IMG/VR virus record: IMGVR_UViG_3300042430_000603
Coordinates: 1-57,103 of that record
Source of the DNA: a virus
Lineage: Duplodnaviria > Caudoviricetes
DNA: 57,103 nucleotides
Reading direction: 5' to 3' (one strand)
A program made the position numbers and the translations under genes. Below are positions 19,100 through 30,900 of this stretch, in pieces. The first letter of the stretch is position 1. Every line of letters begins with the position of its first letter. The notes under the pieces were generated by a model. It was not told the origin of the DNA, made no database searches, and saw only the letters and a list, made by a program, of their open reading frames with translations.

Positions 19100-22000
19100 T
19101 GGCTATAACAATTGTAGCAGGAGTAGTGCTTACTGCTCAGATGGCTATTACACTAGCCTCAATAGCTTATCAAATAATTCAAGCTAGAAAAATGAAGAAA
19201 GCTGCTCAGGCAGCTGCTGATGCAAGAAAAGGGTATGAGTTAGTTGTAGAAGGTGAAGGGGTTACACTTCCAGTAGTATATGGAAGAGCTAAAGTTGGTG
19301 GAGTTAGATCTTACCATAATACTTCTAATAACTTTGTTATAGCTACTCCTAATTCTGATAAAATATTTTTAACTCCAGGATTTGATACTAATGTAGAAGG
19401 TAGAGCAAACGAATTTTTATTTTTCCAGCAAGCAATGTGTCAAGGTCCAATTAATGGAGTCTATGACATTGTAGTAGATGAATCAAGATACTTAGATGAT
19501 CCTGATCTATCAACTACTCAAACAACAACTACAAGTACTAATACTGGAACTGAACAAGATCCAAACTATCAATATTTTACATCTAATACTGTTAAGTCAG
19601 GGCTTAGAGTTGATATCCATTACGGTGATTTGCCAGTGGCTGATTCTGTGATGTCTGCAAATAATCCAGAAAGAGTAAGCTCAGTATTTACGCAGATTAA
19701 AGATCAAGTTGGATTGGCTTATGCTTCTGTCTGTATTAAACTAGATAGAGATGATCCAGCACTTAATGGTGTACCCACTTTACAATTTTTCCTTGAAGGT
19801 AAAAAAGTCAAAGATATTACTAGAGCTGGTAGTGTAGGCAGTTATACCTATTCAGTAGCCACAACTAGATCTTATTCTAATAATCCAGCATTATGTTTGC
19901 TAGATTATTTATTAGACGATACTGCTGGAAAAGGATTAGATACTAGTTTAATTGATTTAGAATCATTCTATAATGCTAAATTAATTTGTAATACTACTGT
20001 GTTACCAAATGCATCTATAGGTGGAAAGATATACAAGCCAACATTTAACCCTTTAGGTGCTGAAGGAGTTACTACAGGTAATACTAGAGCTATTAGACTC
20101 TATGAATGTAATGCAATTATTGATACACAGAAGCCATTAAGAGAAAATGTTGAATCTATCTTGTCAACAATGGGTGACGCAAGACTTATTTGGTCTGGTG
20201 GTAAATATAAATTAAGTTTACAATATCCAACAAGTAATAGTAATATTGTAGTTGCAAATACATTAACAGATGATGATTTAGTTATTGATGATAATGTAAG
20301 TATTAATTGGCCTAGCTCAAGTGAAAGATTAAACTTTTGTACAGTAAGATTTCATAATGAATCTGAAAACTTTAAGGAAGATACAGTATCTTGGCCTCCA
20401 AAAGAATCTGGTGTTTCATTAAGGGGTGTGGGCGGATTTAAATACCCAGACTCTGTAGATGATGCTTGGGATGATAGTGTAGGTGGTGTTTTGCTTAAGA
20501 AATATTCCGTATGGTCGAGCACTGCAAGTTCTTTTGATCAAACATGGAAATTCTTTGTAAAAGAAACAGGTTCATATACATTTGAATTTACAGGAGATAA
20601 TTCTGCAACTGCTTCTATAGCTACTACTACGGGTACAGTACTATACTCAGGCTCTGCTACAGATTGGAAAGCTATTACCACAGGTACAGTAAGCTTAACT
20701 AAGGATACTGAATACAGAATTAGACTAACTGCTCAGGATTCTGGTGGAAGTGGAAAAGGAATTGCTGGAAAATTATCTAAAGGTTCATTTGTACATTGGA
20801 CTACTAGATCTGATAATTACACTAGCCTAGTATCTATTAATAATAATAATGCAGTTTATACTGCTATGAAACTAGAAGATAATGATTTAGACTTAGAGAC
20901 TGATATATTTGCTGATGGTATTACAGACTATTACCATGCATTAGCTAAAGCAGAAGAACTTGTAAGAACAAGTAGGACAGCATTTGGAATAAGATTTAAA
21001 TATGTAATTAAAGATAAGTTCTTAGAGCCAGGTGATTTTATTAAGTTATCTAGTCAAACACTTAAACTAGGTGTTGATATTGATTTATATTTAAGAGTTA
21101 ATGAAGTAAAAATTACGGATGAAGCAGTATGTGAAGTAAATGCTACTAGGTTTGATTATACACAATTGGCATGGAATGTAGATGATAACGAGTATATCAA
21201 AGCAATTAATGTTTACTCCTTTGAATTTGGTAAACCCTCTAATTTAATTTACATAGCACAAACAGCTCAAATTTTAAATTCTTCAGGAAGATTAGAATGG
21301 ACTAAAGTACCTGATGAATCTCAACTAGATTGTTATATCACATACTATCATTTCCCTGGTAATGTTACAGGCGGAGGAGAGGTGATCTGGACTGAATTAG
21401 GTCGTACAACAGATACTCAATATATATTACCTCCATTAACGTTAGATCAAACAATATTTGGTGTAAGAGCAATAAGTAAGGGTGGTAAACTATCTGATAT
21501 TGCTGTAACTAATGTAGTCTCACCAATTTTTGCTACTGCATTCTCAGGTAAATCAGTTAAATTAAAGGCTAGTGGAAGAGCTTTTGTGAAGCAAGCTAAT
21601 AGTAGCGTAGTTGCTCCAACAGCAATTTTATTTTCAGTAAATGTAACTGGATTTGATGCTCCTACTTATAAATGGTATATTAACGAGGTTTTACAAGCTG
21701 GCCAAACATCAGCTACATTTAGTGTACCTAGTTTTATTGATGTCCCAACTAAAGATATTAAAGTTAGAGTAACTGAAGGAATAACTACTACATTCTTAGA
21801 GGACTTTGAAACAGTCTATTATATTAATGCAGGTTCTGACTCTTATGCTATCGGTTTATCTGAAGCAGCCTTAAATTTAACTTGTGATTCAAATGGAGTA
21901 CCAGAAGCAGGCCAGTTACCTCAATCTATAAATATTGATGTTTATAAAGGAGCTACTCCTGTTACAGAAGGTATCGTATATACATTAAATCCAGTTGGTT

Positions 22001-24555
22001 GTACACTACAAAGTAATACAACTACAAATGGTATATTCACAGTTACTGCAGTGGCAGATCCATATGCTAGAGTAGATATTGATGCTACTATCACAGCTGC
22101 AAGCTTAACATTAAGTATTACATTAAGAATAGCTAAGTCTACTGCTGCAGCTACTAGGATTGTTACATTAGACCCTGATAGATTAGGTTTTGTTTATCCT
22201 GCTAACTCTAATACCCCAGATCAAGCTTCAATCAATGTGTATGCTAGAGAGGAAGCGTTTGATGACCCCCGTTATGTATGGGAAGTTGATGGCGCTACTC
22301 CCGCTGGTGTAACTCTTACAACTAGTATGATAACTTTAGCTGCATTTCCTAGTGGAGAAACTAGAAATATTAATGTAGAAGTTTATGAAGCTGCTGACTC
22401 AGGAATTAGACGTTTTGATAATGTTACAATTTATAGTGTTAAAGATGGTAGTAGTGCATATAATTTTGACTATGTAGATGCTAATAGAACAATTGGTTGT
22501 GATCCTACAGGAGCAATACTTCCTGACTTCCTATCTCTTATAATGACTCCGTTGTTATTTCGTGGTAGTGCTGGAATTGCTAACACTGTTACAACTCCCC
22601 CTAATACAAATACAGTATTGTTTTCTATTGTCTCTGGTTCAAATATTAATATAGATGCAACAGTAGATCCTAGCACAGGTGTAGTAACTGTAAATAGTTT
22701 CACAGGACCTCTTACGTCTAGAGTTGGGTACGCAACAGTTAGAGCTGTAGTTGCATCTGACGGTTCTATTCATGAGAAAAAGATTGTAATTAATAAAGCC
22801 GCTGATGGCGCTGATGGATTGGATGCTCCTGTAGTAAATCTTACCTCTGATGGTATTGCGTTTGTACAACCAAAAAATACAACAGCATTAACTGATGTTT
22901 TCCCTAATACGATTACTTTTACTGCTGTTGCTGAAGGTGTAACTTCTGCTAGATACACTTGGTTTGTAGATGGACAACAAGTAGTTCCAGTTGGTACAAC
23001 ATCTACTTATTCCTTAACAAGATATATTGGTCAACCAAAATTAGTCAAGGTAGTTGTAACTTCATCTACAGATGCTACTATAAATGTATACGATCAAATA
23101 ACTGTATTTTCTATTAAAGATGGAGATGATAGCTACAATGCTACACTCACAAATGAAAATAAAACTATTCGTTATACCGCAGCTGGAGTCTTATCTCCAA
23201 GTAATCAACTACCATTTTTTACTAATATGCAAGTTGCTAGAGGTGCCTCTTACATAACTTCTGGTTTAACTTTTTATATAGATCCTGCTATTACCCCAAC
23301 AAATCTTTCAGTTGAAATTGGAGAATACACTGGTCTTGTAAAAGTTACAAATATTACTGCAGATGTAGGTAAAGCAACATTTATTGCTAAATTAGGTGCT
23401 ACTATTATAGGTAGAAAAGAATTAATTGTTAACAAGAGTGTTGATGGTAAAGATGGAATAGATGGAGTAACACCTTATACTGGTTGGCTCACTAATGATA
23501 GCCAAGGTTTACCTTCAAATGAAACAGGTGTAGTGACCTCTTATCAAGAGGCTAAAGGTCAATTCTTAGTAACTAAAGATGGCGTAGCAGCTACTGGTGT
23601 AACTTATCATTATGACACTAGCACTGGATTTGATACTCCTCCTGCAGCCCCAAACTCCCTTGGAATGTATGAAATTACTTCAGGAATTAGTAGTTCTCCT
23701 TCTGTTAATGTGGCTTCAGTAACATATATAGCTAAAGTAGATGGAGTTGAAGTTGCTAAAAAGGTATTTTCATTAACTAAAATGAAATCTAGTTCTATTT
23801 ACAAGATATCACCTAGTGCTAATAGCTTAATATATGATACTACATTGCTAACCTATTCACCTACTAGTTTAACCTTTAATGCTGAAGTAAAATCTGGTAA
23901 TAGTGCTTATGCTAATTATGCTGGTAAAATTGAGATCCAAGGAAGTGCAGATGGTAGTTCATGGACAACTATTAGCGCTGCAAGTGATCCTACTAATTCT
24001 AAATCTATACCAGTAAATAGCAGTACTGTACCTCTAACTACAAAATTTGTAAGAGGTGTATTGTATTTAAGTGGTACTAACTCACAAGTTGACTCACAAA
24101 CTGTACCCCTATTGCAAACTGCAAAAGGTAGTAAAGGCGACGAGGGTAAAAAGGGCTTAAGAGGTATTGCTGTATTAACTTGGGCTGTAGCTTTTGACTC
24201 ATCTGCAAGTCCTGCTACAATTGCGACTGCATGTCAAGCTGCTTTAACCAATGCATACCCTGTAACAGAAACATCACCTATAGATAATCAAACCCCTAGA
24301 GCTGGGGATAGGGTTACTTTATTCAATCAATCTGCAAAATATTCTAAAACATATTTGTACAATGGAAGTGGTTGGGGTGAAGTTGCATTATATGTAGATG
24401 GTAGTGCGGTAGTAACTGGTACTATTTCTACTTCAGCTTTAGCAATCGGTAATACATCTGGAGCCAATAGAATATTGTTAACTGATAGCCAAATATTAGT
24501 TTATGGATCAAGTAGTAGTTTACCTAGGGTTATTATAGGTAACTTAGCAATTTAA
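19099..24555 (+). CDS. Central tail fibre / host-specificity (gpJ-like) protein
   Basis: LPVVYGRAKVGG, GLAYA, YSNNPALCLLDYL and LEPGDFIKL motifs; FN3/Ig-like repeats in the C-terminal half; likely start is ATG 19099, overlapping the previous TAA. Confidence 0.82.
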   Translation: MAITIVAGVVLTAQMAITLASIAYQIIQARKMKKAAQAAADARKGYELVVEGEGVTLPVVYGRAKVGGVRSYHNTSNNFVIATPNSDKIFLTPGFDTNVEGRANEFLFFQQAMCQGPINGVYDIVVDESRYLDDPDLSTTQTTTTSTNTGTEQDPNYQYFTSNTVKSGLRVDIHYGDLPVADSVMSANNPERVSSVFTQIKDQVGLAYASVCIKLDRDDPALNGVPTLQFFLEGKKVKDITRAGSVGSYTYSVATTRSYSNNPALCLLDYLLDDTAGKGLDTSLIDLESFYNAKLICNTTVLPNASIGGKIYKPTFNPLGAEGVTTGNTRAIRLYECNAIIDTQKPLRENVESILSTMGDARLIWSGGKYKLSLQYPTSNSNIVVANTLTDDDLVIDDNVSINWPSSSERLNFCTVRFHNESENFKEDTVSWPPKESGVSLRGVGGFKYPDSVDDAWDDSVGGVLLKKYSVWSSTASSFDQTWKFFVKETGSYTFEFTGDNSATASIATTTGTVLYSGSATDWKAITTGTVSLTKDTEYRIRLTAQDSGGSGKGIAGKLSKGSFVHWTTRSDNYTSLVSINNNNAVYTAMKLEDNDLDLETDIFADGITDYYHALAKAEELVRTSRTAFGIRFKYVIKDKFLEPGDFIKLSSQTLKLGVDIDLYLRVNEVKITDEAVCEVNATRFDYTQLAWNVDDNEYIKAINVYSFEFGKPSNLIYIAQTAQILNSSGRLEWTKVPDESQLDCYITYYHFPGNVTGGGEVIWTELGRTTDTQYILPPLTLDQTIFGVRAISKGGKLSDIAVTNVVSPIFATAFSGKSVKLKASGRAFVKQANSSVVAPTAILFSVNVTGFDAPTYKWYINEVLQAGQTSATFSVPSFIDVPTKDIKVRVTEGITTTFLEDFETVYYINAGSDSYAIGLSEAALNLTCDSNGVPEAGQLPQSINIDVYKGATPVTEGIVYTLNPVGCTLQSNTTTNGIFTVTAVADPYARVDIDATITAASLTLSITLRIAKSTAAATRIVTLDPDRLGFVYPANSNTPDQASINVYAREEAFDDPRYVWEVDGATPAGVTLTTSMITLAAFPSGETRNINVEVYEAADSGIRRFDNVTIYSVKDGSSAYNFDYVDANRTIGCDPTGAILPDFLSLIMTPLLFRGSAGIANTVTTPPNTNTVLFSIVSGSNINIDATVDPSTGVVTVNSFTGPLTSRVGYATVRAVVASDGSIHEKKIVINKAADGADGLDAPVVNLTSDGIAFVQPKNTTALTDVFPNTITFTAVAEGVTSARYTWFVDGQQVVPVGTTSTYSLTRYIGQPKLVKVVVTSSTDATINVYDQITVFSIKDGDDSYNATLTNENKTIRYTAAGVLSPSNQLPFFTNMQVARGASYITSGLTFYIDPAITPTNLSVEIGEYTGLVKVTNITADVGKATFIAKLGATIIGRKELIVNKSVDGKDGIDGVTPYTGWLTNDSQGLPSNETGVVTSYQEAKGQFLVTKDGVAATGVTYHYDTSTGFDTPPAAPNSLGMYEITSGISSSPSVNVASVTYIAKVDGVEVAKKVFSLTKMKSSSIYKISPSANSLIYDTTLLTYSPTSLTFNAEVKSGNSAYANYAGKIEIQGSADGSSWTTISAASDPTNSKSIPVNSSTVPLTTKFVRGVLYLSGTNSQVDSQTVPLLQTAKGSKGDEGKKGLRGIAVLTWAVAFDSSASPATIATACQAALTNAYPVTETSPIDNQTPRAGDRVTLFNQSAKYSKTYLYNGSGWGEVALYVDGSAVVTGTISTSALAIGNTSGANRILLTDSQILVYGSSSSLPRVIIGNLAI

Positions 24556-24571
24556 AATTTAGGAGAAAAGT

Positions 24572-24925
24572 ATGGCATATGGAATGAGAACATATAATGA
24601 GTCTGGTGGAATAGAATTTGATTCTACTAGTTACGGTGGAATACCTATTGGTATGTTAGACCTTTCAACAAGTGCAATTTCTAGTAACCCAACTATAATC
24701 ACTTATCCACAACATGTGGGTAGAAGACTAACAGTTGTACCTTTAATTTCTGGGGACTATTTATATAAGGTTTTTGGACCTTGGGATGGTCCTGGAACTC
24801 CTGGAGCTACTATTGGTAACTACCCACAACTTAGTTATTGGTCCGTTAACCCAGACTTTTCTCCTACTATTGCAACCCATGGTTTTGAAAAGAAGCCAAC
24901 TAAAATATTGGTACTACTAAAATGA
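24572..24925 (+). CDS. Small tail-associated protein
   Basis: MAYGMRTYNESG.IEFDS N-terminus, paralogous to the start of the next ORF; AGGAG RBS. Confidence 0.6.
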   Translation: MAYGMRTYNESGGIEFDSTSYGGIPIGMLDLSTSAISSNPTIITYPQHVGRRLTVVPLISGDYLYKVFGPWDGPGTPGATIGNYPQLSYWSVNPDFSPTIATHGFEKKPTKILVLLK

Positions 24926-27900
24926 GTTATGGTTTTAAATTTTTTAATGATTCTTCTGAATTAGTTATTGACAATGAAATTGTAAAACCCTGGTTTGTCG
25001 GAAGGGCTAGTTTTGCTGCTGCAGAAATATCCTCTGAGATTCCAGCGTTTTCTTATACACATGGTGATAATGTTACCAGAAATTATTCTGTTTATCGTAT
25101 TACATATAGTCCTCCAAATGTAACTAATGGAGTATTTTATATTTCATTGCCATCTGATACTATATATAACAAAGCTTATAATGTAACAAATCCATTTTAT
25201 TCAGGTAATCAAAGTATTTACATATATGCAGCAGTAAATACAAATTATCTCCCAGTACCAGATGATATCCCTGAAGTATATTGTTTCAGTCTCGGGCAGA
25301 TAACAACTGCAGGTTCTGGTTATGGTGCTAGATTATTCAATAGTTCTGATCAATGTGTATTTGACACAACAAAGTCACATCTAAAAATAGAGCCAATAAG
25401 TAGTATTAATTTTGATGCTTTTGTACAACCTAATGGTGGACAAGAATATATTATACCCGCTGTAGACTATCCTGCATATTTCTTACCAAATTTAGATGTT
25501 AATAAATTAACTTATTTAGATAGTTCATACTTTAAAAGAGAAAGGTATTTATCCTTTTTTAATCAAAGTGGTGGTTACCTATCTTCTTGGATGCCTAGGA
25601 TAACTGAAGAAGTTAAATCTGGAAACTTAGGATTTACTGGATCTAGATTTTTTAATGCTTCAACTAGATCTAGTTCAATTAAAAGTATATTACCTGATAG
25701 TATAGATCATAATCCATTATATATTAATGCTCTAACTCATTCTCCAGGCTATATTGGAGGAACATTTCCAGCTGCAAGTTATACTTTAATTTTAAGTACT
25801 AATACAGCTCAAGAACAAGAGGGAAATCTCGCTGTTATTCAGTGCGATGTAACCACTGTTAATGTTCCTACTGGCAGACAATTAAGATATACTCTGTCTG
25901 GCACTGGCGTAACTGCTTCAGATTTTAATGATGGATTAACAGGAACTTTCACAATAAGTAATAGTACGTCTAGATTTTTTCTTGTAGTTTCATCTGATAA
26001 TATATTTGAGCAAACAGAAACAGTTACTGTAACAATTACAAATATTGATGGAACTGCTCTAGTTGGTACAGCACAGCAATTTAGTCTTAAAAATACAAAG
26101 TTTTATAACTTGTCAACGTTTCCAGCAAATGTAACAAGCATTAATGAAGGTGAATATGTTGCGGTTACATTAAATACTTTAGAGAGTTCAACTTCTCCTA
26201 GAGTAGTAAACTATACACTCTCTCAGGTACCTAGCTCAGTAGGGGCCACGGATCAACCCTTTGATGCTAACGATTGGCTAGATACTGTTACACTAGGTAG
26301 TGGGGCTACTGTAGTTGCTAATAGATTTACACTCCCTGCCAATACTACTACCCCTGGTGCATCAATAGTCTTTAGAGCCAAAAATGATTTTAGAGTAGAT
26401 GGCCCTAAAAAATTAAGACTAAGTATTGATGATAATCCAGCTATATTTGTTGAATTTACTGTTAATGATACTTCATTAGAGTATAGTTGGTCTATATCAG
26501 GTCCAAACACTATTAACGAAGGTATTGAGTATACATATGATGTAACTACATCAGCTCCAACTGGTACTAGGGCAATTATTGGATTAACAGCTATTACAGG
26601 TGCATCTGAGGATGATATTGCTCAGATTAATGGAATAAATTATGTTTCAGGTGATACATATTATGTTAATACTACGAGTGGTTTAGGTTCTTTTACTCTT
26701 AAATTTAAAGCAGATTTAAAGACCGAGGGAGATGAATCTTTTACAATATTTTTAGATAAAGATATGCCAATACCGAGAACTAGATTAGCAGATCTTGGTT
26801 TTAATGTTTCTTTAAAAGATACTTCACTTACTCCTATTAATTGGTCATTTAGTAAAGTAACTGGTAATCCAACTACTGCTTTAGTACGAGAAGGTACTAA
26901 TATGGTTGTTAGAATTCAGAGTACTAATGTACCCACTTATCCTTATACAATTTATTATCGAATTGCCCCTGGTAATGGCACTCTTGATACTGATACTAAC
27001 TTTACAACAGGTTCAGTAATAGCTTTTAATGTTACATCAGTAGATCAGCAAGTATTGTTTCAAATAAAAGAAGATAATATTACAGAAGGTACAGAGACCT
27101 TTCAAATAACTTTTTATAGAGATGCTGCTGGTACTGATATTATTACTGGGTTAGAATGGCAAATTATAGATGCTATTTCTGTAGAGAGAAGTTTAGGTTT
27201 TGTAGTAGAAGGTCAAACTCAAACTCTCACGATAAAGCCTAATTACCTAAGCTATCCTTATACTGTTTATGGAGAAATAACTGGAGGAAATGCTAATTTA
27301 ACTAGTGCAGATTTTATTAGTGGCACTCTATTAACAGAGACAGTATTAAATAATGATAATCCAGTTACATTAACTTTTACTGGTGTAGAAGACTATACTG
27401 TAGAAGGTTTATTTGGAGAAGTTGTATTCTTTGATATGTATTCTGATCCAGCAAGAACTGTACCTATTGGTAATTCTATATCTTGGACAATGGGAGATCC
27501 TCAGTATGTTTTCTCGAGATCTTTTGCTTCTGTAAATGAGGGTTCAAATCAAGTTATTACTATCAGTACAAACGCAGTATTACCAAAAATATTGTACGGT
27601 AAAATGACTGGTACAAACATTACTTCTTCAGACTTTAGCTCTCCACCTAACTCTACAACATTTGAGTGGAACATAACTGCTACTGGACAAACTATTGGTT
27701 TAACAATGGCTCCAGATTTAACTACAGAAACTAATCCTGAATTAGTAACTCTAACTTTTTATCATGATACTTCATTTACTAACCAAGCAGGAAATACAGT
27801 AACATGGGATATAGCGGATACTTCTAAAACACCACCACCTTCCTGGTCTTTCGTAAGAGATCCAAATACAGCTACTGTAGATGAAGGTGTATCTGTGACT

Positions 27901-30900
27901 GTAACAGCTAACAGTAGTTTTATACCTTCTTATACTAATCTCTCAATATATTATAAGATTACTGGCACTGGAATTACAACTGAAGACTTTAATTTAAATG
28001 CACTACAAGGTAGTTGGGTGATAGAGGATAGTTCTGAAGAAATTACGTTCCTAATTCAAGCAGATCAACTTACAGAAGGTACTGACTCATTAGTAATAAC
28101 ATTTTACTCTGATTCAAATTATACTACTACTATTGGAAATCAACTTTCTTTTAGTATTGGAGATACGTCAAAGACTACTTGGACTTTTGCTAGAATACCA
28201 GCAACTGGTACAATAGATGAAGGCCAACCTATTTCATTTACTGCTACTCCAAGTAATCCATTAGCCCCAAATATTACAATCTATTATTGGTTAAATGGAA
28301 CTAATATAACAACAGGAGATTTTACTTCTGCTTCTTTAGAGGGTAGCTTTAATAGTAATACAGGTCTTATCCTTACTATGAGAGAGGATTTATTTACGGA
28401 ACCTTTTGCAGAAGTAGCAGGAATTACCTTTTATTCAGACTCTAATAGAACTATTACAATAGGTAACCCATTAAGTTGGAATATTGGGGATACCTCTAAG
28501 ACACCCCCATCTTATAGCTTATCAGTATCTGAAACATCAGTAGATGAAGGTTCTAACTTCTCATTTACTATTGATAGTGCCAATGTACTAACATATCCTT
28601 TTACAGCATATTATAAATTATCTGGCACTGGTATAACAGTAGATGATACTAGTTTTGATCCTATATTAGGATCTGTAAATGTTCCAGGACCAAGTGTATC
28701 TTTTGATATCGATGTTACAGCTGACCAATATACTGAAGGAAATGAAACATTAACTTTTACTATTTATTCAGATTCTAATAGGACAATTCAATTAGGTAGT
28801 CCAGTATCTATTGTGTTAGCGGATGCTTCTAAAACGACTTGGAGCTTTGCTAGAATACCAGCTACTGGTTCTATTAATGAAACTGGGACTAACAAATCAA
28901 TCGCATTTACAGCTACCCCAAGCAATCCTGCACAAGCACCAATTACAGTTTACTATTGGTTAAAAAGTGTAACTGGTACTATCCTTGATGGAGATTTTGA
29001 TCCAGCTGGTACATTAGGCAGCTTCACATCTAATACTGGTTTAACTATAACTATGGCGGCAGATACTGCTACTGAAGGTCCAGAAACAGTAGAGATAAGC
29101 TTCTATAGTAATAGTACTAGAAGTATTCAAATTGGTAATACATTAGTTTGGGATGTTAATGATACTTCTTTAAATGCACCTTATTATAGCGTAGAATTTT
29201 CTTCTCCTAATATTAGTAATAATAGTGTAAACGAAGGTTTAGCTATTGATTTTTCTGTAAGTAGCAGTTATATACCTCTATATCCAGTTACAATATATTA
29301 TAAACTTACTGGTACTGGTATTACAGCTTTAGATACTAATTATGCTCTTTCTGGTCCAATTGTGCTTACAAGTGCATTTACTTCTTATGCGGTAAATATT
29401 TTAGCAGACCAATTAACTGAAAATTCAGAAACATTAACTGTTTCTATATACTCAGATGCTGCACTTACTACCCAAATTGGTAATACTGCATCTGTAATAC
29501 TAAATGATACTTCTAAAACAACTTGGTCATTTACTAGAAGTCCAGCTACAGGGTCAATACCAGAAGGTCAATTTATTTCTTTCTTTGCACAACCAAGTAA
29601 TGCAAGTTCTTCAGCAATAACAGTTTACTATGGTATAACAGGTATTTTAGCAAGCGATCTATCTTCTGGATCATTAACTGGAAGTTTTAATTCGGCTGAT
29701 GGAAAAGATATACTTATATATGCAGACACTTTCACAGACGGTAGTAATGAAACAGCAACTATTACTTTCTATTCTGATTCAAATAGAACTGTCCAAATTG
29801 GTAATACTCTTAGTTGGGTAATTGAGGATACCTCAAAATCACCTCCTTCATATAGGATATCTTTATATGATACCGATGAAACGTATACCAGTACATTAGA
29901 TGAAGGGTATCCTACATGGATAAGAATACAGAGTGCTGATATTCCTTCTTATCCTCAAAAAGTATATTATAGAGCATTAGGTACAGGTGTTAATACTTCT
30001 GATACAGATTTAGTAACTACTAATACTACTGGAGGTATAGATGGAGAATTTGATTTACTAAGTTCAAATTTTATTAAAGTATTTAGTCCCTTATCAGACC
30101 AACTTACTGAAAATACAGAAACATTAGTATTTAAGTTTTATACACTACCAACTAGGTTACCAGCAAATCAAATAAAGTTTGGACCTACAGTTTATGATCC
30201 TGAAACTGGGCTAGTAGGCCCTCTTTCTAAGTTAACTCTTACTGTAAATGATATTTCTCAGACTACTTGGTCATTTACCAGAGCACCTATTGATCCTGTA
30301 AAGATTAAAGAAACGGGTACTCCTAGCAGTATACAAATTTCTGCTACTCCAAGTAATCCTGCTCAATCTCCTGTAGTTTTCTATTATACTATTATAGGAA
30401 TAGAAGCTTCGGATCTTACTTCAGGTTCTTTAACTGGTAGCTTTGTTAGTAGTGCTGGTCCAAGTATTGCAATGGCAGCTGATAGTAAAACAGAGGGAGA
30501 TGAGACTGCTGTTATTTCTTTCTATAAAGATGCTGCTAAAACAGTATCGGCTGGAAACTCACTTAGTTGGGTAATTGACGATACTTCAGTAGGTGCTCCT
30601 ACCTATAGCTGGACTGCTTCTCCTTTTACTGTTGATGAAGGAGCCAATGTTACTATAAGCTGGTCATTTGGAAATATACCAGACTCGATGTTACCTTTTA
30701 CAATCTATTGGCAAATTAGTGGAACTAATATTACGGCAAATGATACAGCTGAACAAGCGTTACAAGGCTCATTTACTATACCTGCTCGTACTGGAAGTTT
30801 TACTTTAGGAATGACTGCAGATTTGTTTACTGAGGGTACAGAAACTGTCACTGGTACTTTCTACACTAATGCTGCTAGAACTATTCAAGCAGGTAATTCA